A DNA stretch of 51,845 nt. Source: Azospirillum sp. CAG:239 (GTDB lineage Bacteria > Bacillota_I > Bacilli_A > RFN20 > CAG-449). Of the stretch, positions 42,029-51,742 are shown piece after piece. The stretch covers positions 1 to 51,845 of the forward strand of contig CAVJWU010000004.1 in the NCBI GenBank assembly GCA_963653535.1, read 5' to 3'. The notes beneath the pieces were generated by a model that was not told the origin of the DNA, did no database searches, and saw only the letters and a list, made by a program, of their open reading frames with translations. Positions within the stretch are counted from its first letter, which is position 1. Each line of letters starts with the position of its first letter. The position numbers were made by a program, and so were the translations under genes.

Positions 42029-43138
42029 TGCTCGAATTATTTGAAATAAAACAAGGGATATCTAAAGTTCAAAATAGCCTTTCTGAACTAGGTGACTCAC
42101 TTTGACATCGCTAATAAAGAAAAAAAGATAAATGAATTAGAAGAAATGATCTCCCAAGAAAATTTCTGGGATGATCAAAATAAGGCTTTAGAAATATTGA
42201 ACGAAAAAAACGGATTAAGTGAAATCACTAATTCGTATTTTTCGCTTTCTAAGAAATTAAATGATTGTTCAGAAGCTTATGAAATGATTAAAAGTGAATA
42301 TGATGAAGAATTACATAAGATTCTCGATGAAGAAATGTCTTCTTTATTAAAAGAATTATCTGATTTTGAAATCCAAACTCTGTTATCTAATAAATTTGAT
42401 TCTTGTAATGCAATTTTAGAAATTCACCCAGGGGCTGGGGGAACTGAATCACAAGATTGGGCTGATATGCTCTATCGAATGTATCTTCGATATGCTGAAT
42501 CACACAATATGAAAGTACAAGTACTTGATTATGAAGAAGCTAGTGATGCCGGTATTAAATCAGTTTATTTCATAATTAAAGGTAAGAATGCTTATGGATA
42601 TTTAAAATCAGAAAAAGGTGTTCATAGATTAGTAAGAATATCTCCTTTTGATTCAAACGCAAGAAGACATACTTCATTTGCTTCTGTTGATGTCGTGCCT
42701 CAAATGGATAACGGAGTAGAAGTAAAAATTGAAGATAAAGATTTAAGAATTGATACATATCGTTCACAAGGTGCCGGGGGACAAAATGTTAATAAAACTG
42801 ATTCTGCCGTTAGAATTACACATATTCCAACCGGAATTGTTGTCACGTGCCAAGTTGAAAGAAGCCAAATTCAAAATAGAGAAATGGCAATGAATGTTTT
42901 AAAATCAAAACTTTATCAATTAGAACTTGAAAAGAAACAAAAAGAACTCGATGCTTTACGTGGTGAACAAAAGAATATCGAATGGGGATCACAAATTAGA
43001 TCTTACGTCTTCTGTCCATATACTTTAGTTAAAGATAATCGTTCTAATTATGAAACTAGTGATGTTCACGGAGTCTTAGATGGTTATCTAGATGAATTAA
43101 TTTATGCTTATTTAAAATGGGAGGTTAAAACAAAATGA
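42028..43138 (+). CDS. prfB: Peptide chain release factor 2, expressed by a programmed +1 ribosomal frameshift at 42100-42106
   Basis: Frame 0 runs ATG (42028, overlapping the secA stop as TAATG) ...GGT GAC TCA CTT TGA. The +1 frame continues GAC ATC GCT..., joining the ORF-track protein. SPF (RISPFDS) and GGQ motifs are present. The joined length is about 369 aa. Confidence 0.92.
42090..42106 (+). promoter_or_regulatory. RF2 autoregulatory recoding signal: internal SD-like AGGTGA, a spacer, and the CTT TGA C slippery/stop site
   Basis: AGGTGA at 42090-42095, CTT at 42100-42102, in-frame TGA at 42103-42105 followed by C. This is the canonical CUU UGA C context. Confidence 0.9.
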
Positions 43139-44079
43139 AAGAAAAAATAATTTCTTATTTTAATATGCTAAAACAAAATCCTAAGCTAGTTATTAAAAAT
43201 ATCTTCTTAGTTCTTTTAGGAACATTTGTCTTAGCTTTTGGGACTGAATTATTCATTTTACCAACTGACTTAGTTACTGGAGGAGTATCTGGTATCGCGA
43301 TTAGTTTAAGTAATGTGATTACAATACTTGATAAAGAACTATTAATTACAATTATTACATGGATATTATTCTTTTTAGGTTTAATCTTCCTCGGTATTGA
43401 TTTTTCTTTAAAAACATTAATGTCAACTATCTTTTATCCAGTATTTCTATATGCATCAAAAGCTTTAGTTGATGTATTTCCATTTTTATTATTACAAAAT
43501 GCTCCTTCATTAAATTCTAATACAGAAATTGTTATTCTTCTTTCTTCCTTGTTCGGCGGAGTTATGGTAGGCGCAGGATGCGCGATTACTTTTCTTGGAG
43601 GAGGATCAACTGGAGGAGTTGATATAATTTCTTTCATCATTTGTAAATTTATTAAAAGTATTAAGACTTCATACTGTATATTCGTAATTGATGCTTTAAT
43701 TGTTAGCCTCGGTTTTATCTTAGATAAAGAACATGACTTTGCTTTATCTTTAGAAGGTATATTGTCAGCCTTCATCTGCGCGATTGTGGTCGATAAAATC
43801 TTTATTGGTACAAGTAAAACTTTTGTCGCTTACGTCATCTCTGATAAATATGAACAAATTACAGAAGAAGTAATTAAGACTATTGATCGAACTACTTCTA
43901 TTATTGATATTGAAGGAGGATATACTAAACTTCCAAAGAAGATGGTAATGATTTCTTTTTCAATGCATGAATATTCAACCGTGATGGGAATTGTTTCTCG
44001 AATCGATAAGAAAGCATTTACGACCATTCATCGAGCACATGAAATCGCTGGTGAAGGTTTTAAAGAATTGGAGGATTAA
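43135..44079 (+). CDS. YitT-family membrane protein with C-terminal DUF2179 domain (YvjA-like)
   Basis: LVTGGVSGIAI and GGGSTGGVDI motifs and a soluble C-terminal domain. ATGA overlap with prfB. Same position as yvjA in B. subtilis. Confidence 0.75.
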   Translation: MKEKIISYFNMLKQNPKLVIKNIFLVLLGTFVLAFGTELFILPTDLVTGGVSGIAISLSNVITILDKELLITIITWILFFLGLIFLGIDFSLKTLMSTIFYPVFLYASKALVDVFPFLLLQNAPSLNSNTEIVILLSSLFGGVMVGAGCAITFLGGGSTGGVDIISFIICKFIKSIKTSYCIFVIDALIVSLGFILDKEHDFALSLEGILSAFICAIVVDKIFIGTSKTFVAYVISDKYEQITEEVIKTIDRTTSIIDIEGGYTKLPKKMVMISFSMHEYSTVMGIVSRIDKKAFTTIHRAHEIAGEGFKELED

Positions 44080-44081
44080 GT

Positions 44082-44651
44082 ATGTTCATTTTAAGCGAAA
44101 CTAATACAAATAATTTTGATTTTACTAAATTAATTATATTTTCATCTATTCTTATTGTTGTTCTTTTTATCGCAATCTTTTTTACTATTATTGTTAAAAA
44201 GAAAACTGCTTATGCAAAATCTAAAACAGTTGAATTAGATAATGAATCATATAATTATTATTTAAATTTAAAATTAAAAGATGATTTATATTTTCCTTAT
44301 TTTGAAACACATGCTTCGGGAGTAAGATATAAATATAATTCTAAAGGTAATAAAGATATTCTAAGCGGTGTTGAAGTAAATAAACATTATTCTTTCTATG
44401 ATGATAACATCATCTATATTATTAATAATAAGATGAAATATGACCTAGATATCGTTACTATCGATGAAAGAAAATACATCAAATTAAACGATAAAATAAA
44501 GACTATTGAACTACTTGTTTCTTTTGAAACTCCATCGCACTTTTTAGCTAAGTTTAAAGTTAATAGAATAGACAAAGATAAATATAGTATTGAATTAAAT
44601 GTAAATAAGGAGGAGAAGGAAGATGAATCTAGAAGAAATGAGAATGAATAA
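44082..44651 (+). CDS. Single-pass membrane protein, unknown function
   Basis: One TM (LIIFSSILIVVLFIAIFFTIIV), then a beta-rich ectodomain and an acidic tail. The 3' end overlaps the next gene by 29 nt. Confidence 0.5.
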   Translation: MFILSETNTNNFDFTKLIIFSSILIVVLFIAIFFTIIVKKKTAYAKSKTVELDNESYNYYLNLKLKDDLYFPYFETHASGVRYKYNSKGNKDILSGVEVNKHYSFYDDNIIYIINNKMKYDLDIVTIDERKYIKLNDKIKTIELLVSFETPSHFLAKFKVNRIDKDKYSIELNVNKEEKEDESRRNENE

Positions 44652-46389
44652 AGTTTTAGCGAAAGCTAAAAAGACTAAAAGAAATTGCATTGTTCTTTCT
44701 ATTGCTGGAATATTATGCGCGACTTCTCTTGGATTTGGATTAGGTTATTTAACTTTTTCATCTCGATATGATGGTGAAATTACGCCTGCTATGCGCGAAT
44801 TTTTAAATTTTTATAATGAATTTAAAAATAATTATTATCAGGAAACTTCAGAAAGAACCTTAATCGATGGTTTATATTCTGGATTAACTTCTTCTGTCGG
44901 TGATGATTTTACTTTCTATACCTCAACTGCGAAGAATGAATCACAAGATCTTTCTTCTTCTGGCAGCGGACTAGGTATATCAAGAAGCGTTTATTATGGT
45001 AACGCCTACTTAGAAGATGTCTTTAAATCTTCACCCGCGGCAAACGCGATCATTTATGATTTAGAAGGAAATAAATTATCCAATATTGGTTTACAAGAAG
45101 GAGATATCATCACTGAAATAAGTAATGATTTAGGCTCTTCTTGGTATGTCTTAAAAGAACATAAATCTAGTGACTGGAGTTCTTCTTTTTCTGGTGAAGC
45201 AGGAACTATTGTAAGGTGTAAATTTAAACGTGGAGAAAACGTCTTCGTTGCAGAAGTAACGAGAGGTTATTACAACGTTGATAAAGTAAAACTAGTTGAA
45301 TTTGATGTTTCTAAGAAAGAAGCTGTCTTTGATATTTCTTCTTTCTTAGGTGCAGGAAGTGAATCTACCCCAGCTAGCGAACTATATGCCTATTTAAAGA
45401 ATGATGTTTTCACTAAAGTAACTAATTTAGATAACTTAATTATCGATTTAAGAGGTAATGGAGGGGGTTACGTTCATAACTTCCAAACCTTAATGGGTTT
45501 ATTCCATGATAATGGTGATATTGCTGGATATTATCGTTACCAAGATGGTTCGTTATATACTTTATATGCCGAAGATGAAAGAGAAGATGTTAACTTCAAT
45601 AACAAAATTAATCATTATACTTTAATCGTCGATCAAAATTCTGCTTCCGCGACTGAATCATTTGTCATGGGAATGAAAGATTCTTCTAAAACAGGTTCTA
45701 AAGTAAGCGTTGTTGGTGAAATTTCTTACGGAAAAGGAAGAGCTCAAACGTTTACTAGTGTTTTAGACGATGGTTCAACTATTAGATATACATTCGCGAG
45801 CGTTCTTTCTCCTAAACAAAATTGCATTGATAAAATTGGTATTATTCCTGATAAGATGACAAGTTATAAATCAATTATCGATGAAGATTCTTATTATACA
45901 TGGAGAAAATATATTAAAGGAGTAAGCGTTAATGACAAACTTACTTCGGTAGATAAGAATATTCTTTTAACAAGAATTTCATTATTAAGTGGAACTACTT
46001 ATACTAATTTTGAAACTGCTATTAAATATGTCCAAAAGAAATATTCTTTAACTATTGATGGAATTTATAATGATGAAACCGCGGATAAATTACAGGTTTT
46101 ATTCTCAGATTATTATCATTCTTATACTCCTACTAGCCCTTATAATGCCCTTATTCTAGGAAGCGATGAATATGATGTTTACACACCTGCACAGATGCAG
46201 ATGATTAAAAAACAAATCGCATTAGTACAAAATAAAAATGAAAGTGAATTTACTTCTTTTAGAGATGCTTTACTAAGCTTTTCTTCTTCAGATTTATATA
46301 CATTAGAAACAAGTTATCTTCTTGGAGGAAGAATTTCTGATTTAAGAAAAGTAAAAGAGTACAGCGTTATCACCGAAGCTAAATTATAG
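44623..46389 (+). CDS. S41 carboxy-terminal processing peptidase (Ctp) with N-terminal TM anchor, PDZ domain and C-terminal peptidoglycan-binding repeat
   Basis: DLRGNGGGY, the Ser nucleophile context NSASATESF, and the Lys context SYGKGRAQ. A PDZ-like segment GLQEGDIITEI and a PG_binding_1-like segment YSLTIDGIYNDETADKL are also present. Confidence 0.8.
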   Translation: MNLEEMRMNKVLAKAKKTKRNCIVLSIAGILCATSLGFGLGYLTFSSRYDGEITPAMREFLNFYNEFKNNYYQETSERTLIDGLYSGLTSSVGDDFTFYTSTAKNESQDLSSSGSGLGISRSVYYGNAYLEDVFKSSPAANAIIYDLEGNKLSNIGLQEGDIITEISNDLGSSWYVLKEHKSSDWSSSFSGEAGTIVRCKFKRGENVFVAEVTRGYYNVDKVKLVEFDVSKKEAVFDISSFLGAGSESTPASELYAYLKNDVFTKVTNLDNLIIDLRGNGGGYVHNFQTLMGLFHDNGDIAGYYRYQDGSLYTLYAEDEREDVNFNNKINHYTLIVDQNSASATESFVMGMKDSSKTGSKVSVVGEISYGKGRAQTFTSVLDDGSTIRYTFASVLSPKQNCIDKIGIIPDKMTSYKSIIDEDSYYTWRKYIKGVSVNDKLTSVDKNILLTRISLLSGTTYTNFETAIKYVQKKYSLTIDGIYNDETADKLQVLFSDYYHSYTPTSPYNALILGSDEYDVYTPAQMQMIKKQIALVQNKNESEFTSFRDALLSFSSSDLYTLETSYLLGGRISDLRKVKEYSVITEAKL

Positions 46390-46397
46390 GAGAATTT

Positions 46398-46931
46398 ATG
46401 GATTTTAAGAATTTAATTATTGAAAGAAGATCAACTAGAAAATATGCTTCAAAAAAAGTCCCTTTAGAAGTTATCGAAGATATTGTTAATGATTCTATTC
46501 TTGCCCCTAGTTGGAAAAATGGTGAAAATACTCGTTATTATTTAGCTTATGAAGAAGAAACTATTTCTCAAGTTAGAGATGCTTTACCAGATTTTAATAA
46601 AGTTAGTAGTCTAAACACAGTCTATATAGTTTCTACATTTGTTAAAGATAAATCAGGCTTTAATATTAAAGAAGGCGAACAAGTAAATGAATTAGGTAAT
46701 GGCTGGGGAATATACGATACTGGCCTTCATGATGCTTATTTAGTTTTAAGCGCGAAAGATCATGGTGTTGATTCTTTAATTATGGGTATTAGAGATGAAA
46801 AAAGTTTAAGAAATATTTTTTCTATTCCTGATGAAGAAATTATTATAAGCGTCATTTCTCTAGGTTATGGCGAAGGTAGCGTTGCCAATGTAAAAAGAAA
46901 AAGACAAGAAGAAATTTTAAAAATTAAATAA
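46398..46931 (+). CDS. Nitroreductase-family flavoprotein
   Basis: The N-terminus RRSTRKYASKKVP...ILAPSWKNGENTRYY is typical of NfnB/NfsA-like nitroreductases. Length is 177 aa. Confidence 0.75.
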   Translation: MDFKNLIIERRSTRKYASKKVPLEVIEDIVNDSILAPSWKNGENTRYYLAYEEETISQVRDALPDFNKVSSLNTVYIVSTFVKDKSGFNIKEGEQVNELGNGWGIYDTGLHDAYLVLSAKDHGVDSLIMGIRDEKSLRNIFSIPDEEIIISVISLGYGEGSVANVKRKRQEEILKIK

Positions 46932-46954
46932 CAAGATAAAAAGGGGTGGTAATT

Positions 46955-48928
46955 GTGGAAAAACGTGACTTTAAGCTAGTATCAAAATATTCTCCAACAG
47001 GTGATCAACCTGAAGCGATCAATAAACTAGTTCAAGGAATTAAAAATAAAAAGAAATTCCAAGTCCTTTTAGGTGCGACCGGAACTGGAAAAACATTCAC
47101 CGCATCTAATGTTATTGCCTCAGTTAATAAACCTACTTTAGTCTTAGTCCATAATAAAACTTTAGCTGGCCAACTCTATGCTGAATTTAAAGAATTATTT
47201 CCAGAAAATAGAGTTGAATATTTCGTTTCAAATTTCGATTTTTATCAACCAGAAGCTTATATTGCTTCAAGTGATACTTATATTGAAAAGAACGCTCAAA
47301 TGAATGAAGAAATTGAGATCATGCGTTGCGCGGCTATTAACTCAGTTCTAGAAAGAAGCGATACGATTATTGTTGCTTCAGTCGCTTCAATTTATGGTTT
47401 ACATGATCCAGAAGAATATCGTAAACTTGCCTTTGTCATTCATAAAGGTGAAGAGATAAATCGCAAGAAAATAGCTGAAAAATTAACATTAAATAAATAT
47501 GTTAGAAACAATATGAGTCTTACTCCTGGTACTTTTAGATTTACTGGAGAAGTCTTAGAAATTGTTACTCCTAATTCACAAGAACATGTAATAAGAATTT
47601 TACTCGATGAATGGGATGAAGTAGAAGAAATTCATGAAGTAGATCCTTTAACAGGAGAAATATTTCATACATATAATGAATTTCCTATTTTCCCAGCTCA
47701 TGATCATGCTTCAGGGACTGATGTTATTAATAATGCGATTTCACTTATTTCTAAAGAACTCGCTGAAAGACTTACATATTTTCATAATGAAGGAAAACTT
47801 CTTGAAGAAGAAAGACTTTCACAAAGAACAAGATATGATATTGAGCAACTTCGTGAATTTGGCTTTTGTTCTGGAATTGAAAACTATTCTCGACATTTAG
47901 ACGGAAGAAAAGAAGGAGAAACTCCTTATACTTTATTTGATTATTTTCCTAAAGATTTCTTATTAATCGTTGATGAATCACATGCAACTTTACCTCAAAT
48001 TCGTGGAATGTATAATGGTGATAGATCAAGAAAAGAAACACTTGTTGAATATGGTTTTAGATTACCTTCGGCACTTGATAATAGACCTTTACGTTTTGAA
48101 GAATTTGAAACAAAAATTAATCAAGTTATCTTCACAAGTGCAACACCAGGAGATTATGAACTTGAGAAAGTTAATCATGAAGTGGTCGAACAAATTATTC
48201 GTCCAACTGGATTACTAGATCCTATTATCGAAGTAAAAGACGTCATTAATCCTGTTTATGATTTAATTGGTGAAATTAGTAAAACGATTGAAAATCATGA
48301 AAGAGTAATGATATGCGCCTTAACGATTAAAGATGCAGAAAACTTAACTTCTTTCTTAAAAGAAAGAGGCTATAAAGTAGCCTATTTACATAATGAAATT
48401 AAAACATTACAAAGAACAGAAATTATTTATCAACTTCGAAAAGGTAAATATGATGTATTAGTCGGTATTAATTTACTTAGAGAAGGCTTAGATATTCCAG
48501 AAGTAAGTTTAATATCTATTCTTGACGCGGATAAAGAAGGTTTCTTAAGAAGCGAAAGATCATTAATTCAAATTATTGGTCGAGCAGCAAGAAATTCTCA
48601 TGGTAGAGTTATTATGTATGCTGGTAAAATAACTGATTCAATGTCTAAAGCAATAAAGGAAACAACCCGTAGAAGAGCGATTCAAGAAACATTTAATAAA
48701 GACCATGGTATAACTCCTACAACAATTGTTAAGCCAATCACTTTACCATTAAAAGTACGTGATGAAAATGAACTTCTTGAAAAGACTAACGCTAAAATGA
48801 CGCGTAGTGAAAAAGAAAGATATATTAAAGATATCGATAAACAAATGAAAGAAGCGGCTAAAAATTTTGATTTTGAAAGAGCTGCGGAATTACGTGATAT
48901 CTTATTTGAATTAAGAGGAGATAAGTAA
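46955..48928 (+). CDS. uvrB: Excinuclease ABC subunit B
   Basis: FKLVSKYSPTGDQPEAI, Walker A GATGTGKTF, DESH box (VDESHATLPQ), and the C-terminal UVR domain (FERAAELRDILFEL). The start is uncertain: the GTG at 46955 has an AAAGGGG SD 9 nt upstream, while the ORF-track GTG at 46946 abuts that SD. Confidence 0.95.
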   Translation: MEKRDFKLVSKYSPTGDQPEAINKLVQGIKNKKKFQVLLGATGTGKTFTASNVIASVNKPTLVLVHNKTLAGQLYAEFKELFPENRVEYFVSNFDFYQPEAYIASSDTYIEKNAQMNEEIEIMRCAAINSVLERSDTIIVASVASIYGLHDPEEYRKLAFVIHKGEEINRKKIAEKLTLNKYVRNNMSLTPGTFRFTGEVLEIVTPNSQEHVIRILLDEWDEVEEIHEVDPLTGEIFHTYNEFPIFPAHDHASGTDVINNAISLISKELAERLTYFHNEGKLLEEERLSQRTRYDIEQLREFGFCSGIENYSRHLDGRKEGETPYTLFDYFPKDFLLIVDESHATLPQIRGMYNGDRSRKETLVEYGFRLPSALDNRPLRFEEFETKINQVIFTSATPGDYELEKVNHEVVEQIIRPTGLLDPIIEVKDVINPVYDLIGEISKTIENHERVMICALTIKDAENLTSFLKERGYKVAYLHNEIKTLQRTEIIYQLRKGKYDVLVGINLLREGLDIPEVSLISILDADKEGFLRSERSLIQIIGRAARNSHGRVIMYAGKITDSMSKAIKETTRRRAIQETFNKDHGITPTTIVKPITLPLKVRDENELLEKTNAKMTRSEKERYIKDIDKQMKEAAKNFDFERAAELRDILFELRGDK

Positions 48929-48929
48929 G

Positions 48930-50015
48930 ATGGCTAAGATTTATATTAAAACAAATTATTTAATTAATCATACTTATTTAATTGGTGAAAATAGTAAGCA
49001 AAAGATTAAAACGACAAAAGAAAATGGCTATATTGTTATTCCTAGTGATGTTTATGAAAATAAAGGTCTACAAATAACTTCTTCTTTTAATAAGAAGAAA
49101 ACTAATATTATTTATCCTGGTGATTTTGATCTTACTTTTATAAATGATAAAGATAATACAAAAATTAAATATGACCTTAATGAAGGTCAAGTTATTAGTC
49201 ATGTTTTAAAAGATAAGAAAAACTTATCTTATTTACCTACTCCTACAAAAGAAATATATGTTTATTTACCTAAGAACTACGATAAAACTAAAAATTGCGA
49301 AGTTTTGTTGTGTTTTGATGGTCAAAATGATTTTTCTTCTTCCTATAACTATACAACTAGATTTGATCCTTATGGAGGAGTACAAATTGATGCTTTAGTA
49401 TCTAATTTTATAAAAGAAACAGGAAGAAATATTATTGTAGTAGGTATCGATAATTCTTCTCCTTTAAGAGAAGTTGAACTTACGATGGATAGACGTAAGT
49501 TTGGTAAATTAAATCCTCGTTTACATAAGGACGCTAAATTTGTTTTAGAAGGAAAATTAGATTCGTTAGATCGTTTTATTAATGAAACGCTTCTACCATT
49601 TATGAAAGAAGAATATCATGCTGATTTATCTTCTTTATATCTATATGGTTCTTCCTGTGGAGGTCTTGCTTCAACTTATATTGGCTTAAAACATTTAGGT
49701 CAATATAAAGGTATATTAGCTTTTTCTCCTGCATATGCTTTATTTAATTTTGAAGGATTTGAACGATTTGTTAGTAATTTAGATTTAACTAGCGATAAAT
49801 TACCTCGTATCTTCTTTTACTGCGGACAAGGTGATGATCTTGAAAAAATGTTAATTGGTGATACTAAGAAATTTGAAACGTTATTATTAACAAGAGGTTA
49901 TAATTCAAAATTGATTTCTTCTCTATATGTTCCTTCTTTTCCACATAATGAAGTATCTTGGAGAATGGCTTTCCCTCAAGGATTAAGCTTTGTCTTAAAA
50001 GATACATGTAAGTAG
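48930..50015 (+). CDS. Putative esterase (alpha/beta hydrolase, esterase-D/enterochelin-esterase-like) with an N-terminal beta-sandwich domain
   Basis: IYVYLPKNYDKTKNCEVLLCFDGQN and the nucleophile elbow GSSCGG. The pattern suggests a His near the C-terminus (FPHNEVSW). The start is 2 nt after the uvrB stop. Confidence 0.6.
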   Translation: MAKIYIKTNYLINHTYLIGENSKQKIKTTKENGYIVIPSDVYENKGLQITSSFNKKKTNIIYPGDFDLTFINDKDNTKIKYDLNEGQVISHVLKDKKNLSYLPTPTKEIYVYLPKNYDKTKNCEVLLCFDGQNDFSSSYNYTTRFDPYGGVQIDALVSNFIKETGRNIIVVGIDNSSPLREVELTMDRRKFGKLNPRLHKDAKFVLEGKLDSLDRFINETLLPFMKEEYHADLSSLYLYGSSCGGLASTYIGLKHLGQYKGILAFSPAYALFNFEGFERFVSNLDLTSDKLPRIFFYCGQGDDLEKMLIGDTKKFETLLLTRGYNSKLISSLYVPSFPHNEVSWRMAFPQGLSFVLKDTCK

Positions 50016-50093
50016 TTTTATATTAAATTTTAATAGACTACTTAAATTTATAAGAGTAATATTAATATAAATAAAGAAAAGAGTGTGTTTATT

Positions 50094-51287
50094 ATGAATT
50101 TTATATTTTTGTCACCTACATTTCCTAAGACTTATTATCATTTTTGTGAAGAATTAAAGAAGAATGGTGTCAATATCTTAGGTATTGCAGAAGATTCATA
50201 TGATAATTTATCTTATGAATTAAGATCATCATTATGTGAATATTACCGCGTTAATTCAATGGAGAATTACGATGAAGTATGGCATGCAGTTAATTATTTT
50301 AAATCTAAATATGGTCATATTGATTTTGTTGAATCAAATAATGAATATTGGTTAGAATTAGAAGCACGTTTAAGAAGTGATTTTAATATCACAACTGGTA
50401 AAAATAAAGATGAAATCTTATATTTTAAATCAAAAGAAGCAATGAAAGTCGATTATGCGAAAGCTAATGTAAAAACAGCACGTTACCACATCCCTACTAC
50501 ATTTGAAGAAGGTAAGAAATTCTTATCACAAGTCGGTTATCCAGTCATTGTAAAACCTGATAATGGAGTTGGTGCATATGCCACATATAAGATTCATAAT
50601 GAAGATGAATTAAGAAAATTCTATTTTGAAGATTTTCCACCAATTAAATATATTATGGAAGAATTCATTCAAGGTGATTTAATTTCTTTTGATGGAGTTA
50701 CTAATGCAGATGCAGAAGTTGTTTTCTCAACTAATGAAGTATTCCCTCAACCAGTTATGAATATTGTTAATGAACGTCTTGATTGTCTTTATTATTCCAA
50801 TAAAGAAATGCCTAGTGACCTTTATGAACAAGGTAAGAGAGTTTTAAAAGCATTTGGTGCGAGAAATAGATATTTCCATCTAGAATTCTTTAGACTTACT
50901 GTTGATAAACCTGGCTTAGGTAAAAAAGGTGATTTATTAGGCTTAGAAGTTAATATGAGATGTCCAGGAGGTTATACTCCAGATATTATTAATTATTCTA
51001 AGAATGTTAATACTTATAAGATTTGGGCTGATTCATTAACTTATAATCTTCAATATGAAATTAAACCTTTCTCACCACATTATTGTGCTTATTATGGACG
51101 TCGTGATGGTAAGAACTACGTTTATTCTCATGAAGAGATTTGGTGGCGTTATGGCTATCATCTCAAGATGAATGAAAGAATGCCTGATATCCTATCAGGA
51201 GCGATGGGTAATGAATTCTTTGTCGCAAATTTTGATACTAAAGAAGAAATGGATAAGTTCTTCGAAGATTGCTCTAAAGTATATTAA
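50094..51287 (+). CDS. ATP-grasp domain protein (carboxylate-amine ligase-like), substrate unknown
   Basis: GYPVIVKPDNGVGA, EEFIQGDLISFDG and HLEFFR...LGLEVNMRCPGG match ATP-grasp nucleotide- and Mg-binding blocks. The ATG at 50094 is preferred over the GTG at 50085. Confidence 0.6.
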   Translation: MNFIFLSPTFPKTYYHFCEELKKNGVNILGIAEDSYDNLSYELRSSLCEYYRVNSMENYDEVWHAVNYFKSKYGHIDFVESNNEYWLELEARLRSDFNITTGKNKDEILYFKSKEAMKVDYAKANVKTARYHIPTTFEEGKKFLSQVGYPVIVKPDNGVGAYATYKIHNEDELRKFYFEDFPPIKYIMEEFIQGDLISFDGVTNADAEVVFSTNEVFPQPVMNIVNERLDCLYYSNKEMPSDLYEQGKRVLKAFGARNRYFHLEFFRLTVDKPGLGKKGDLLGLEVNMRCPGGYTPDIINYSKNVNTYKIWADSLTYNLQYEIKPFSPHYCAYYGRRDGKNYVYSHEEIWWRYGYHLKMNERMPDILSGAMGNEFFVANFDTKEEMDKFFEDCSKVY

Positions 51288-51364
51288 ATTTAAATATTTA
51301 AAAAATAATTCTTGTTTTCTTACTTCTATAAGCATATTATAAGAGCGCACTCAGTGCACTCTAT

Positions 51365-51742
51365 GGGACTGTTAAGGTTTCGACGGGGTAAGATGGGTAT
51401 AAGACGCAGCCGGGTGATCACCGTTAACAATCAACAAACAATATCTGGCAACAGAACAAACAACTATTCTTTCGCAGCTTGCTAATTAAGCCACTACGCG
51501 TGTCCCTATAGTTGGGATGGGAAGCATCACTTAAGATTTTTTCTCTAGATTTTAAGATGGTGTAATACATAGAGAATAAGATCCTACGATGGGAATACCT
51601 AGGATACGAAAACCTTATTTCCTAGTAAAAGTTAGATTCGTTAACTAATCTTAGCTTTTATGAAACTTCCTAGTTAACTAAGCTGTAGGGGATTATATGG
51701 GTTTTATTTCGGACGCGAGTTCGATTCTCGCCAGTTCCACCA
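51365..51742 (+). ncRNA. ssrA: tmRNA (SsrA), 378 nt including the encoded CCA
   Basis: The 5' GGGACUG pairs with the 3' CAGUUCC, including the G3:U alanine identity pair, followed by ACCA. The T-arm is GCGAGUUCGAUUCUCGC and the 5' region reads UUUCGACGGGG. The resume context AUAUCU-GGC resembles B. subtilis AUAACU-GGC. The tag ORF spans 51447-51485. Confidence 0.92.

Noticed and set aside
51450-51491. Alternative tmRNA tag frame starting at GCA (ATEQTTILSQLAN).
   Set aside because: GCA is a common resume codon, but the peptide lacks the hydrophobic Ala-rich C-terminus. In addition, the upstream context aligns better with GGC as the resume codon. I keep it as a caveat in the finding.
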